From Pirellulales bacterium (GTDB lineage Bacteria > Planctomycetota > Planctomycetia > Pirellulales > JACPPG01), in NCBI GenBank assembly GCA_035546535.1, contig DASZWQ010000087.1, forward strand, positions 26,189-90,188: DNA of 64,000 bases, given 5' to 3'. The translations under genes and the position numbers were made by a program. Positions 9,545 to 17,942 of the stretch are shown here, piece after piece (the first letter of the stretch is position 1; every line of letters begins with the position of its first letter). The notes below the pieces were generated by a model. That model worked only from the letters and a program-made list of their open reading frames with translations. It did not search any database and was not told the DNA's origin.

Positions 9545-10888
9545 TCAGCCGGCATTCCGCTCGCCCACCAGCGAATTGCTGAAGAGCAGTCCGGCCACCA
9601 GCGCGATTCCGACCAGGAACATCTGAAACGCCGAGTCGACGCCGTGCTCGGTATCTTGGCTGAGGAAGGCCTCCAGGCTGCGATAACCGATCGAGCCGGG
9701 CACTAAGAGTGCAATGCCCGGAACGATGATCAGCTCGGCCGCGCGACGGCTGAATCGGGCATAGGCATTGCCGGCGATCCCCAGCGCGGTCGCGGCCAGG
9801 AACGGGCCGGCCAATTCACCAACGTACGCCTTGCCCAACCGCGAGCCGACAAGTGCCGTGGCCGATGCCACCAGGATCAACCAGTAATCGCTGGCCCGCG
9901 CGCGGAACCGCAGCGACGAGCCGATGGCCACGACCAATAGCGCCGGCAAGATGGACCATTCCGGCAGATGCGCGGGCTCGACGTCGCGAATATTGGGCCA
10001 CAGTTCGGCCAGTTGGTAGCCCGTCACGGCGCCTAGCGTCAGTGAGAGAAAGACGACACCCACGTTGGCCATACGACTGGCCCCGGCGGTGAGCTGGCCG
10101 TTGGCCAACTCCTCCAAAGCGTCGACCAGCCCGATCCCCGGCAATAGCACGACCAGTCCCGCCGCCAGCGGAATCCAGCCGCCGTAGGCGCCAAAGATTT
10201 CGTCGGCCGATCCGGCAATAAACGCCGCCGCGGCCGCGGCCACCAGCTCGAACGGTCGTCCGGCGCGCCGATAGCGTGCCATCAGGTACGCGATAGCACC
10301 GACGGCCAGCCCGACCAAAGTCGAGACGATCAACTCCTCGTACCCGCCGCCGAAGAAGACCGAGAAGGGAGCAGCGCTCAACGTGTAGGCGGCCACCGTG
10401 GCCCAGGCACCACGCGGCGTCGCGTCGTGCATGAGCTTATCGACCTTCGCCTTGCCGGCTAGGGCCGAAAGCGATCCATCGCTCAGCCCTTCGGCCACAA
10501 GCATGACCTGCGAGAGCCGATCGAGATCGGCCACCCCCGGCTTCATCCGCAGAACAAACGTGATCGGCCCCTCCGGACGGTGAACCGACAGGAATTGCCC
10601 CGTCGGCACAACGAATACTTGCAGCGGGACCTGAAACCGTTCGGCGATGCGCAAGAGCGCCCGCTCGACCTTGTGCGCGGGTTGTCCGAATTCGTGCAGC
10701 GCCGTCCCCACCGACACCAGCACCTGGACGACCTCGTTCAATCGAGCGTCCGAGGACGGCGCGGCGATGATCGCCGTATCGTACAAGCTGGGCCGTTTTT
10801 TGCGGGGCTGAGGCGTCATACGGTTGGTCGCGAACACCCTTGAGAAGACCAGACTCGTCGACAGCAAGGTTGCTGATAAACGACGCAC
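9545..10888 (-). CDS. Threonine/serine exporter family protein (ThrE; fused YjjP/YjjB-like halves)
   Basis: The N-terminal soluble-plus-TM half (HEFGQPAHKVERALLRIAERF) is followed by about 10 hydrophobic segments. The start is uncertain; ATG at 10819 is an alternative. Confidence 0.75.
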   Translation of the reverse strand: MRRLSATLLSTSLVFSRVFATNRMTPQPRKKRPSLYDTAIIAAPSSDARLNEVVQVLVSVGTALHEFGQPAHKVERALLRIAERFQVPLQVFVVPTGQFLSVHRPEGPITFVLRMKPGVADLDRLSQVMLVAEGLSDGSLSALAGKAKVDKLMHDATPRGAWATVAAYTLSAAPFSVFFGGGYEELIVSTLVGLAVGAIAYLMARYRRAGRPFELVAAAAAAFIAGSADEIFGAYGGWIPLAAGLVVLLPGIGLVDALEELANGQLTAGASRMANVGVVFLSLTLGAVTGYQLAELWPNIRDVEPAHLPEWSILPALLVVAIGSSLRFRARASDYWLILVASATALVGSRLGKAYVGELAGPFLAATALGIAGNAYARFSRRAAELIIVPGIALLVPGSIGYRSLEAFLSQDTEHGVDSAFQMFLVGIALVAGLLFSNSLVGERNAG

Positions 10889-11038
10889 CGGCCAAACAGG
10901 AAAGTCTACATTCGTCTCGCGGCCCCGTCCCGCGGACTTTCGCCCGCAAAATCGTCACGCTTGCCGCGCCGGATGAGACGCCGGCGGGGTATGATGGGCG
11001 CGGTCAATTCATCCGTGCTACCGGCGAGCCACTCGATC

Positions 11039-11473
11039 ATGGGCATCTTCAAGCGTTTGGATCATGTATCCATCGGTGTCGTCGATATCAATCGCGCCTG
11101 GCGATTGTTCGTCGACGTACTGGGAGGCGAACCGCTCGGCGATCGCGGCCAAAGCGATGCGGAAGGATTTCACTGGGCTACGTTTCAACTCGGTGGCAAA
11201 AAGCTCGAGCTCGTTTCGCCCACCGTCGCCGGCGAAGGGGGCGTGGGCCGTTATATCGCGCGGCACGGTGAGGGCTTTCACCACATTTCGATCAGCGTCG
11301 AGAACCTGCCCGAGGCGATCAAATATTTCGAATCGCAAGGTATCCGCGTGCTGGCGGCCAACTACGACAATCCCAATTGGCGACACTGCTACCTGAACCC
11401 GAAGGACACCTGCGGCGCGCTGATTCAGGTGTTCGAAGAAAACGAAAAGACGCTGGCCGATTCGGGCGGGTGA
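11039..11473 (+). CDS. VOC (glyoxalase / methylmalonyl-CoA epimerase-like) family protein
   Basis: MGIFKRLDHVSIGVVDI...HGEGFHHISISVENL...ALIQVFE matches the VOC beta-alpha-beta-beta-beta pattern with His/Glu metal ligands. The ORF extends to 10961, but that extension is Arg-rich. Confidence 0.8.
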   Translation: MGIFKRLDHVSIGVVDINRAWRLFVDVLGGEPLGDRGQSDAEGFHWATFQLGGKKLELVSPTVAGEGGVGRYIARHGEGFHHISISVENLPEAIKYFESQGIRVLAANYDNPNWRHCYLNPKDTCGALIQVFEENEKTLADSGG

Positions 11474-11521
11474 GCGTGGCGATGATTACGCGGCATCCAG
11501 TGTTTCGACGCTTTCGCGCTC

Positions 11522-14116
11522 TCACTCCTTCGTCCGCGTGGCGCCGGCCGAAATCAACGTGGCCACATTGGCCAGGATCTTCGGTAGGCGCAGTCCGCCC
11601 GGCGACGCAAGGTACTTCGGCTCCCACTGCGGGTGGAACTTTTCCTTGTATTGCCGCAGCCCTTGAAAATTGTAGAAGTGCTCACCGTGGCGAAAGACGA
11701 GCGTGCCCAATCGGTGCCACAAGGGGGCGAGCGGCCCCACGTCCAAGCCTGACAACGGGGCCATGCCCATGCTGAAGTTTTCGAACCCTTGCGCGCGCCC
11801 CCACAGCATGAGCTCGACGAACAGATAATCCATGATGCCAGCGGGCCCCGCCGGTCGATAGCGCATCAGGTCGATCGACAGTTCGTGCTTACCGGCGCCG
11901 CACAGCACATTGGCAAAGCCGACGATGCGTTCCTCGTGGCGTACTAGCGCCAGCGGAAACCGCCGCAAATAATCTTCGCGGAAGAAGCCGAGCGAAAAGC
12001 CCTTCTCACGCGCGTTGCGCGTCGCGAGCCACTGGTCCGAGATTTCTTTCAATTCCGGCAACAGAGGCGGAACCGCCTCGCGCGGTATCACCTCGAACGT
12101 GCAGCCGGCGTGCTGGGCCTTGCGAACCGCTTCGCGTAAATGGCGCTGGCTACCTCCCTCGAGTGAGAAATCCGCGAGCGACACGCGCCCTTCTTCCCCC
12201 AACTTCAACAGCGACAAGCCCAGGTCGAGATACAAGGGCAAGTTCGCCGCCGACACCTGGTAGAAGACCGGCGTGCCGGCATGCCGGTCGCACAACTCGC
12301 GAAACTGCCAGGCCAACTCGTTGGCCTCGGCCCTCGTTCCCACGGGATCGCCGAGCACCACCCAACTCGAACCTTCGATGGCGTACATCAAGAAGGCGGT
12401 GCGGCTCTCGTTGAACAAGAGCGACTTATCGGCCAATAGCGCCAGGTAGGCCGACGTGCGTGGCGATTCCGTGGCGACGCGCTCGGCGGCCGCCAGTTCT
12501 TCTTCGTCCGGCGTGTGCGCCTGCGGATCGGCCGGCCGCAAGAGCCGCGCGACGCCCGCCGCGACGAGCACAGCCGCCGCGCCGACCATGGCCCGCAGCG
12601 AGCGCGGGGCGTCTTCGGCCAGGGCAAATCGCCACCACAGCGAATTGGTGTACTCGACGTGCTTATGAGAGAAAACACCCAGCCATAGCGTGCCGAGAAA
12701 CACCAGCACGATCGAAGTGATCCAGCCCGGCGTCAATGTCTCGTGCAATAGCGAAGCGCGCCGATCGAAGTAGCGGCGCGATGGCAATAAGGCGAGCAGC
12801 ATGACGGTGAGAATCGACGCCTCTTCGAGGTTGAACCCTCGCAAGAGCGAAACCACGATCCCGCAGGTCAGCAATCCCACCGACAAATGGTAAGCGGCGT
12901 CCAAGCGTTCGAGCAGGCCGCGCGCCAAGAGCAGCAACCCCATGCCCGCCACGCTACCGAAGAGGTGCGAGAACTCGACGACCGGCAACGGCACGAAATC
13001 CGATAGCCAATGCCAGCGCGATACGGTGCGCGGGAGTGCGCCGTACACCAGCAAGGCCGCGCCGCTGGCGAACGTCGTGCCGGCCAGCACGCGCGGCACG
13101 ATTTCCGGCGCCCAGCGCCCGAACAATCCGGCGTAACGGGTTACCGTCTTCCAGCGCAGCGACGCTTCGTGCCCGGCCAAGAGCCCCGTGGCCAGCACCA
13201 GCGGCAGCAAGTAGTACGTCAACCGGTAAACTACGAGCGACCCCATTACAGCGGCCGGATCCTGCGGCGCAAGGGTATGCAGCAAGATCGCCTCCACGAC
13301 CCCCAGGCCTCCCGGCACGTGGCTCATGATGCCCGCGACCTGCGCCGTGAGAAACATGCCCATGAATTTGGGATACGACACGGCGATCTCGGCCGGCAAC
13401 AGTGCGTACAAGACCGCGGATGCGGCCATCAGGTCGGCCGAAGCGATGAACATCTGCATCAGCGTGAAGCCCGGCGGAGGGAGCGAGAACTCCCAGCCGC
13501 GTACCGCGACCGGTCGCAGCCGCAACGCGCTGAAGCACAAATACGCGCCGACGCCAGCCAGCAGGGTGATGCCGATCGGAAAAACGGTCGTGACGGGAAG
13601 TTTCACCTCCACAACCTCGGGCAGCGGTAGTGGATCGAACGTGAAGACCGCCCCGGCCAGCGTGCAAAAGCCCAGCACGAAGGTCACCGTGCAGATGGCG
13701 ATGATCTTCACCACCTCGACGGCCGAGAGGCCGAAAGTCGAATACAGGCGGTAGCGCATGGTCGAGCCGCCGAGGATCGCGCCGAAGTTGTAACTCGACA
13801 CATAGCTGACGAACGAAGCCAGCGCGATCCGCGAGTACGATAACGACCGGTCGATATAGTGCAGCGCCAGCCAGTCATAGCCGGTCAACAGGGTGTAGCT
13901 AAGCGCCGTCATCGCGAGCGCCGCGCCGAGTTGCTTCCAGGACAAAAGTGACAAGCGTTCTTCGATGTCGCGGAGCGAATAATCGCGCAACTCGCGGTGC
14001 AGCACGAACACGGCGGCCGAGAAGATGAGTACCACCGCCAGCGACCCCGCAACGCCGAGCACCCGCTGGCGCCAGGCCGGCGCGCCGCGCGCCGCGTGTC
14101 GAGAGTCCTGCTTCAT
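11522..14116 (-). CDS. mprF: Bifunctional lysyl-/aminoacyl-phosphatidylglycerol synthase and flippase MprF
   Basis: About 864 aa from ATG 14116. The N-terminal part has about 14 TM segments and the C-terminal part looks like an aminoacyl-PG synthase domain (LFVELMLWGRAQGFENFSMGMAPLSG, HFYNFQGLRQYKEKF). The start overlaps the upstream stop as ATGA. Confidence 0.85.
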   Translation of the reverse strand: MKQDSRHAARGAPAWRQRVLGVAGSLAVVLIFSAAVFVLHRELRDYSLRDIEERLSLLSWKQLGAALAMTALSYTLLTGYDWLALHYIDRSLSYSRIALASFVSYVSSYNFGAILGGSTMRYRLYSTFGLSAVEVVKIIAICTVTFVLGFCTLAGAVFTFDPLPLPEVVEVKLPVTTVFPIGITLLAGVGAYLCFSALRLRPVAVRGWEFSLPPPGFTLMQMFIASADLMAASAVLYALLPAEIAVSYPKFMGMFLTAQVAGIMSHVPGGLGVVEAILLHTLAPQDPAAVMGSLVVYRLTYYLLPLVLATGLLAGHEASLRWKTVTRYAGLFGRWAPEIVPRVLAGTTFASGAALLVYGALPRTVSRWHWLSDFVPLPVVEFSHLFGSVAGMGLLLLARGLLERLDAAYHLSVGLLTCGIVVSLLRGFNLEEASILTVMLLALLPSRRYFDRRASLLHETLTPGWITSIVLVFLGTLWLGVFSHKHVEYTNSLWWRFALAEDAPRSLRAMVGAAAVLVAAGVARLLRPADPQAHTPDEEELAAAERVATESPRTSAYLALLADKSLLFNESRTAFLMYAIEGSSWVVLGDPVGTRAEANELAWQFRELCDRHAGTPVFYQVSAANLPLYLDLGLSLLKLGEEGRVSLADFSLEGGSQRHLREAVRKAQHAGCTFEVIPREAVPPLLPELKEISDQWLATRNAREKGFSLGFFREDYLRRFPLALVRHEERIVGFANVLCGAGKHELSIDLMRYRPAGPAGIMDYLFVELMLWGRAQGFENFSMGMAPLSGLDVGPLAPLWHRLGTLVFRHGEHFYNFQGLRQYKEKFHPQWEPKYLASPGGLRLPKILANVATLISAGATRTKE

Positions 14117-14973
14117 AGCCGGTCCCCACTCTGGGGCGGCGCGATATCGGGCGCTACGCCTTCGACCGCCAGCAGCGGACAGACGGCCAGCGCCCCGAAG
14201 ACGATCAACATCTGGCCCGGCGAGTACGTCAGCCACACCCATTCGGTCGAATGCGGCAAAGAGCCGCGAAACAAGCCGATGGCCAACAGCATGTCGCTGA
14301 GAAAAAAGAGCGCGGCGCCCACGGCCATCAGGCCGAACATTCGACATTGCCAGGCCAACCCTGTCGCAAATCCTGCCGTCGCCGCCAAGAGCAGCGAATA
14401 AGGAAGCGCCGGAAACACAAGCGGCCGCGTCTTTTCATTCGGCGCGAGGTACACGATCGCGTACCAGCCGATCGTGGCAATGACTAGCCACGCGAAGAGC
14501 GCCATATTTCGCTTGCCACGATTTTGCAATGCGAGCACGCGCGCGGCTTCGAAACAGGCCGCGATATAGGCAATGTGTCCGAGGCCGAAGGAGATCATGC
14601 CGCCGAGCACCGGGTCCGGTAGCGGCACCAGGTTGTTGAGCAAGTCGGCGTTGAAGAAATCGCCGAGCGTCCCCAGAGCCATGCCCAAGGCCACGAGCGC
14701 AATGAACCGGCCGGCACACGAACCGCGATAATGGGCGTAGCCCGCCACGCTCGCCGCGACAAGCGTCAGCGACGCCCCCATGCGTCCCCAAGTGGCCGGC
14801 AGCGACGAGTGTCCGGCCGTGGTATTGCCCCAAATCATGGCAAAGGCCAAAGGTGCGGCCCACAGAAACCACAGGGCGCGCAGGAACGGCCGCGATGGCG
14901 TGGCCACCTTGAATGCCCAGCCGTCCGCTTTGCGCGTCCGATCCGGCGGCTGAGCGTTGCCTTGATTCATCAT
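14113..14973 (-). CDS. YhhN-family (lysoplasmalogenase-like) integral membrane protein
   Basis: Multi-TM protein with LGDFF and FFLSDMLLAIG motifs resembling the YhhN/TMEM86 family. ATG 14973 is preferred over GTG 15021. The stop overlaps the mprF ATG. Confidence 0.65.
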   Translation of the reverse strand: MMNQGNAQPPDRTRKADGWAFKVATPSRPFLRALWFLWAAPLAFAMIWGNTTAGHSSLPATWGRMGASLTLVAASVAGYAHYRGSCAGRFIALVALGMALGTLGDFFNADLLNNLVPLPDPVLGGMISFGLGHIAYIAACFEAARVLALQNRGKRNMALFAWLVIATIGWYAIVYLAPNEKTRPLVFPALPYSLLLAATAGFATGLAWQCRMFGLMAVGAALFFLSDMLLAIGLFRGSLPHSTEWVWLTYSPGQMLIVFGALAVCPLLAVEGVAPDIAPPQSGDRL

Positions 14974-15274
14974 GCCACCCCCCAGGAGAGAATCTGGCCT
15001 TTTTACTCGAAATGCCCTCACAAACCTATCCCGGAGGCTGCCTAGTTTTGCGGCGCATGTTCGTCGACACCGTACCCTGTTTTTCGATCATCGCGGATTT
15101 CCTATGGATTCTTTGATCGTTGGTTTGTTAGATTGCCGCTCAGCAGGATTCGGAACAACGCCTGCGCCACTTTACGGCGGCTGATTTCGCAAACTCTCGG
15201 ATAGCTAGTGAAAACCTGACAAGCGTTTCTTCAATCGCTCGTCCATCCACAGGTTTTCCACTCCGAGGGGTATT

Positions 15275-16117
15275 ATGCCGCACTCTTTGCGTTGCCGCGT
15301 TGATCGTACTCTTGTCCTCATCGCATTCTTCGTCCTTGCTTGCTCCGCGCTTTCCGTGCGCCCGGCCTGGGCCGCCACCAGTTTCGCGCAGTTCACCGAG
15401 GGAAACGTCAGCAACACGACACCGCCCATCCCGCTGGGCAACTTGTTCGGTTACGACGGGAGCACCGCGGGCAATGCGTCCCTCGGGACGATTAACGGAA
15501 CCGGCTTTGGCGACCCCATTCCTGCCAACTTTTTCTTTTTGAACCTGCCGGGGCTGCCCGCCGATTTGCAAGGGCTTCAGAACGCGACCATGAGAATGAC
15601 CGCCAGCACGACGGCGCAGGTGGTAACGGGCTTTGGCGACACTGTGGGCTCCCAACTCTTCGATGGCGAGGGTGATCTCGAAAGCGTCATTCAATTCACG
15701 CGCAACACGCCCGCGGCCGAGGGGAACGGCTCCCGCACAAACCTGCTGACGATCAACTTCACCGCGCAGCTATCGGGCACCCTGGGCGGAGAAACGGCGT
15801 CGCTCACTGCCGATACGCTGACGGGTTACTCGATCACCTACACTTCGGACTTTTTGAGCTTTTCGCCGAACGAGCAAGGCAGCTTCAATATCGCGCTGAC
15901 CAGCTGGCAAACGCTCTCCGTCGACCAGAACATTGCTGGCAGTGGACCGCTCAGCATTAATGACGCCACCCAGAACTTCAATATCGCGACGGCCGCGGGC
16001 GCCGGCAGCTTCGCGGGTGGCCCGTCGGTCTCGATTCCCGAGCCGAGTTCCTGCGTGCTGGCGATCCTTGGGCTGGGACTGCTAGGAGTTCTCGGCCGAC
16101 GGCGATTGTCGGCTTAG
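15275..16117 (+). CDS. PEP-CTERM sorting domain-containing secreted protein
   Basis: Signal peptide (LVLIAFFVLACSALSVRPAWA). The C-terminus IPEPSSCVLAILGLGLLGVLGRRRLSA gives the PEP motif, a TM helix and a basic tail. GAGGGG lies upstream of the ATG. Confidence 0.85.
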   Translation: MPHSLRCRVDRTLVLIAFFVLACSALSVRPAWAATSFAQFTEGNVSNTTPPIPLGNLFGYDGSTAGNASLGTINGTGFGDPIPANFFFLNLPGLPADLQGLQNATMRMTASTTAQVVTGFGDTVGSQLFDGEGDLESVIQFTRNTPAAEGNGSRTNLLTINFTAQLSGTLGGETASLTADTLTGYSITYTSDFLSFSPNEQGSFNIALTSWQTLSVDQNIAGSGPLSINDATQNFNIATAAGAGSFAGGPSVSIPEPSSCVLAILGLGLLGVLGRRRLSA

Positions 16118-16140
16118 AATTCACTGCGACGATCGAAGAT

Positions 16141-16854
16141 CTACCTGCCCTGCGCCGCAACCTCGTGCGGCTCGACAAAGGCCTCGCGCACCCGGCACAG
16201 GGGCAGGCATTGCACGAGGAGCACGAGCGGCGCGACGATGCACCAGCCGACGGCGGCCAAGGGTACCTCGATCACGCGCGGCAGATGAAGGTCGTCGTAC
16301 CACGGCACCTTTGGTATGCGCGACGGCAGCTCAGGTCTGTAGGGTCGCCTTTGAAACTGTGGATTCGCCCGCAACGTCCTGGCAAGCGCAGCCAGCGATG
16401 GAAACGGCCAGGCGTGCCACGGGTCGCGTTCGGAATCGGACGACTTTAATCGACGGCGATGTCGCCCGACGGTGTTCGCCGTCACGCCAGCGATCACCAA
16501 TGCCAGAACAAAATTGACGGGCACCCACAGGGCCGTCTTCGCCAGCCCGGCGCCAGCCATCAATTGCGACGGATGCCACTGCCAGGATCGGTGAAACTCG
16601 ATCTCGGCGTTTGAAGTCAGTAGCAGCACCAACCGCTGCACGCTCTTCCACGTGCGGCGGTCATAGCGCACCAGGTGGTCTTCCATGTCGGAGTACGTCA
16701 GCCATAGCTGGCTGATCACGTGTCGGACCGTCTGGTCCGGCGTCTCTCGGTAGAGGCTCTGGATCTCCGCGTCGAAGGCCTCGGAACCGATGCGATCGAA
16801 CAAGAAATCGTCGACGGCCTGACAGAGCTCGGTGCGCGCTTCGCGGTCGATCAT
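16141..16854 (-). CDS. Hypothetical membrane protein
   Basis: 237 aa. Soluble helical N-terminus with two hydrophobic segments (ALWVPVNFVLALVIAGV and AAVGWCIVAPLVLLVQCL). No family recognised. Confidence 0.55.
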   Translation of the reverse strand: MIDREARTELCQAVDDFLFDRIGSEAFDAEIQSLYRETPDQTVRHVISQLWLTYSDMEDHLVRYDRRTWKSVQRLVLLLTSNAEIEFHRSWQWHPSQLMAGAGLAKTALWVPVNFVLALVIAGVTANTVGRHRRRLKSSDSERDPWHAWPFPSLAALARTLRANPQFQRRPYRPELPSRIPKVPWYDDLHLPRVIEVPLAAVGWCIVAPLVLLVQCLPLCRVREAFVEPHEVAAQGR

Positions 16855-16970
16855 AAGTAAGTATTATGGAGTTCGGCGAGAAAAATGGGGAGTCGTAGTT
16901 TTCACGGTGGATGGACGACTGACATTTTACCGACACGTCCGTTGTTTCGCTGCCGGCGCGCGGGTGGATT

Positions 16971-17357
16971 ATGGACCGCCAAGAATTACGTGCCAAGCTC
17001 GAAGAGCTATTCGTACGGCTTGAGGCTGAGATCACCTCTCACGGCTTCGCCACGGAACTCCAGACATGTCTTCAAGGAGTACTTACAAGCGCACGAAATG
17101 AAATCGGCGCCAAGTACGACTCCGGCGAGCTAACCTGGGCGGACATTCTCGAAGTGGAAACGGAGTTCCACCGTGTCCTGCAAATATTCGCCAACCCGCG
17201 ACCGTCGTGGTTGCCGACACCGCTGCAAATGGAATGGTGCGCATTCGCCGAACAACTCGCCACGCGACAGGGTACGCGCATTCCCGATTGGAACGAGTTC
17301 TACGCCGACCGAGAAGCTTTGGAGCGCCGAATCAGCGAGCAAGGAATGCATGATTGA
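16971..17357 (+). CDS. Hypothetical cytoplasmic protein
   Basis: 128-aa helical ORF in a locally lower-GC stretch. Its stop overlaps the next ORF's start (ATGATTGA). Confidence 0.5.
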   Translation: MDRQELRAKLEELFVRLEAEITSHGFATELQTCLQGVLTSARNEIGAKYDSGELTWADILEVETEFHRVLQIFANPRPSWLPTPLQMEWCAFAEQLATRQGTRIPDWNEFYADREALERRISEQGMHD

Positions 17358-17712
17358 GTTTTGCCTTGCCATGCTGGTCTACTGGCTCGTTTACGCGGCC
17401 ATCGCACTCGCGCTCTCGGCCCCCTTTATCTTTCTGGCACGAAAGCGCGTTGATTGGCATGCCTGGGAGTTGCTCGCGTTTGTATTGCCATTTTCCCTCT
17501 GGGCAGTGTTGGTCTATGTGAATGACGCCGGGAAATCTCTCTCCAATCTGGTCGAGCCATTCGTGTTCGTTCCGGCCATTCCGATGGCCGTACTGGCCCG
17601 CGCCATCGTCGGACGACGCTATGACCAGACGCGTTTGGCCGCGTTTCTGATTGTTCTGCTTTGTCTTGTTGCCGCCGGGGTATACCTGCTCATGCCGGCG
17701 CTGCCGGAGTAA
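17350..17712 (+). CDS. Hypothetical small membrane protein (4 predicted TM segments)
   Basis: MIEFCLAMLVYWLVYAAIALAL... with four hydrophobic segments. It overlaps the upstream gene by 8 nt. The longer ORF from 17173 is out of context. Confidence 0.5.
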   Translation: MIEFCLAMLVYWLVYAAIALALSAPFIFLARKRVDWHAWELLAFVLPFSLWAVLVYVNDAGKSLSNLVEPFVFVPAIPMAVLARAIVGRRYDQTRLAAFLIVLLCLVAAGVYLLMPALPE

Positions 17713-17942
17713 GTCCAGGCGCGAAGCCGAATTTGCGACCGGCGTCGCTGGCAGGCTAAAATGATCCTTTTGGCGAACATGGCGGCGAGCGCGGCCGTTT
17801 AGCGGCTGCGCGACCAGCGGTTCCGCACCCCCCGCGGCGCTTGTTGCGGTATGCTTGTGAGGCCCGCACCGGTGCACCAACTTGGCCGTCGCGCGTGCCT
17901 CCCCCCTGCCCTCTACCGCTCACCACTCACCAGGATTCTGGA

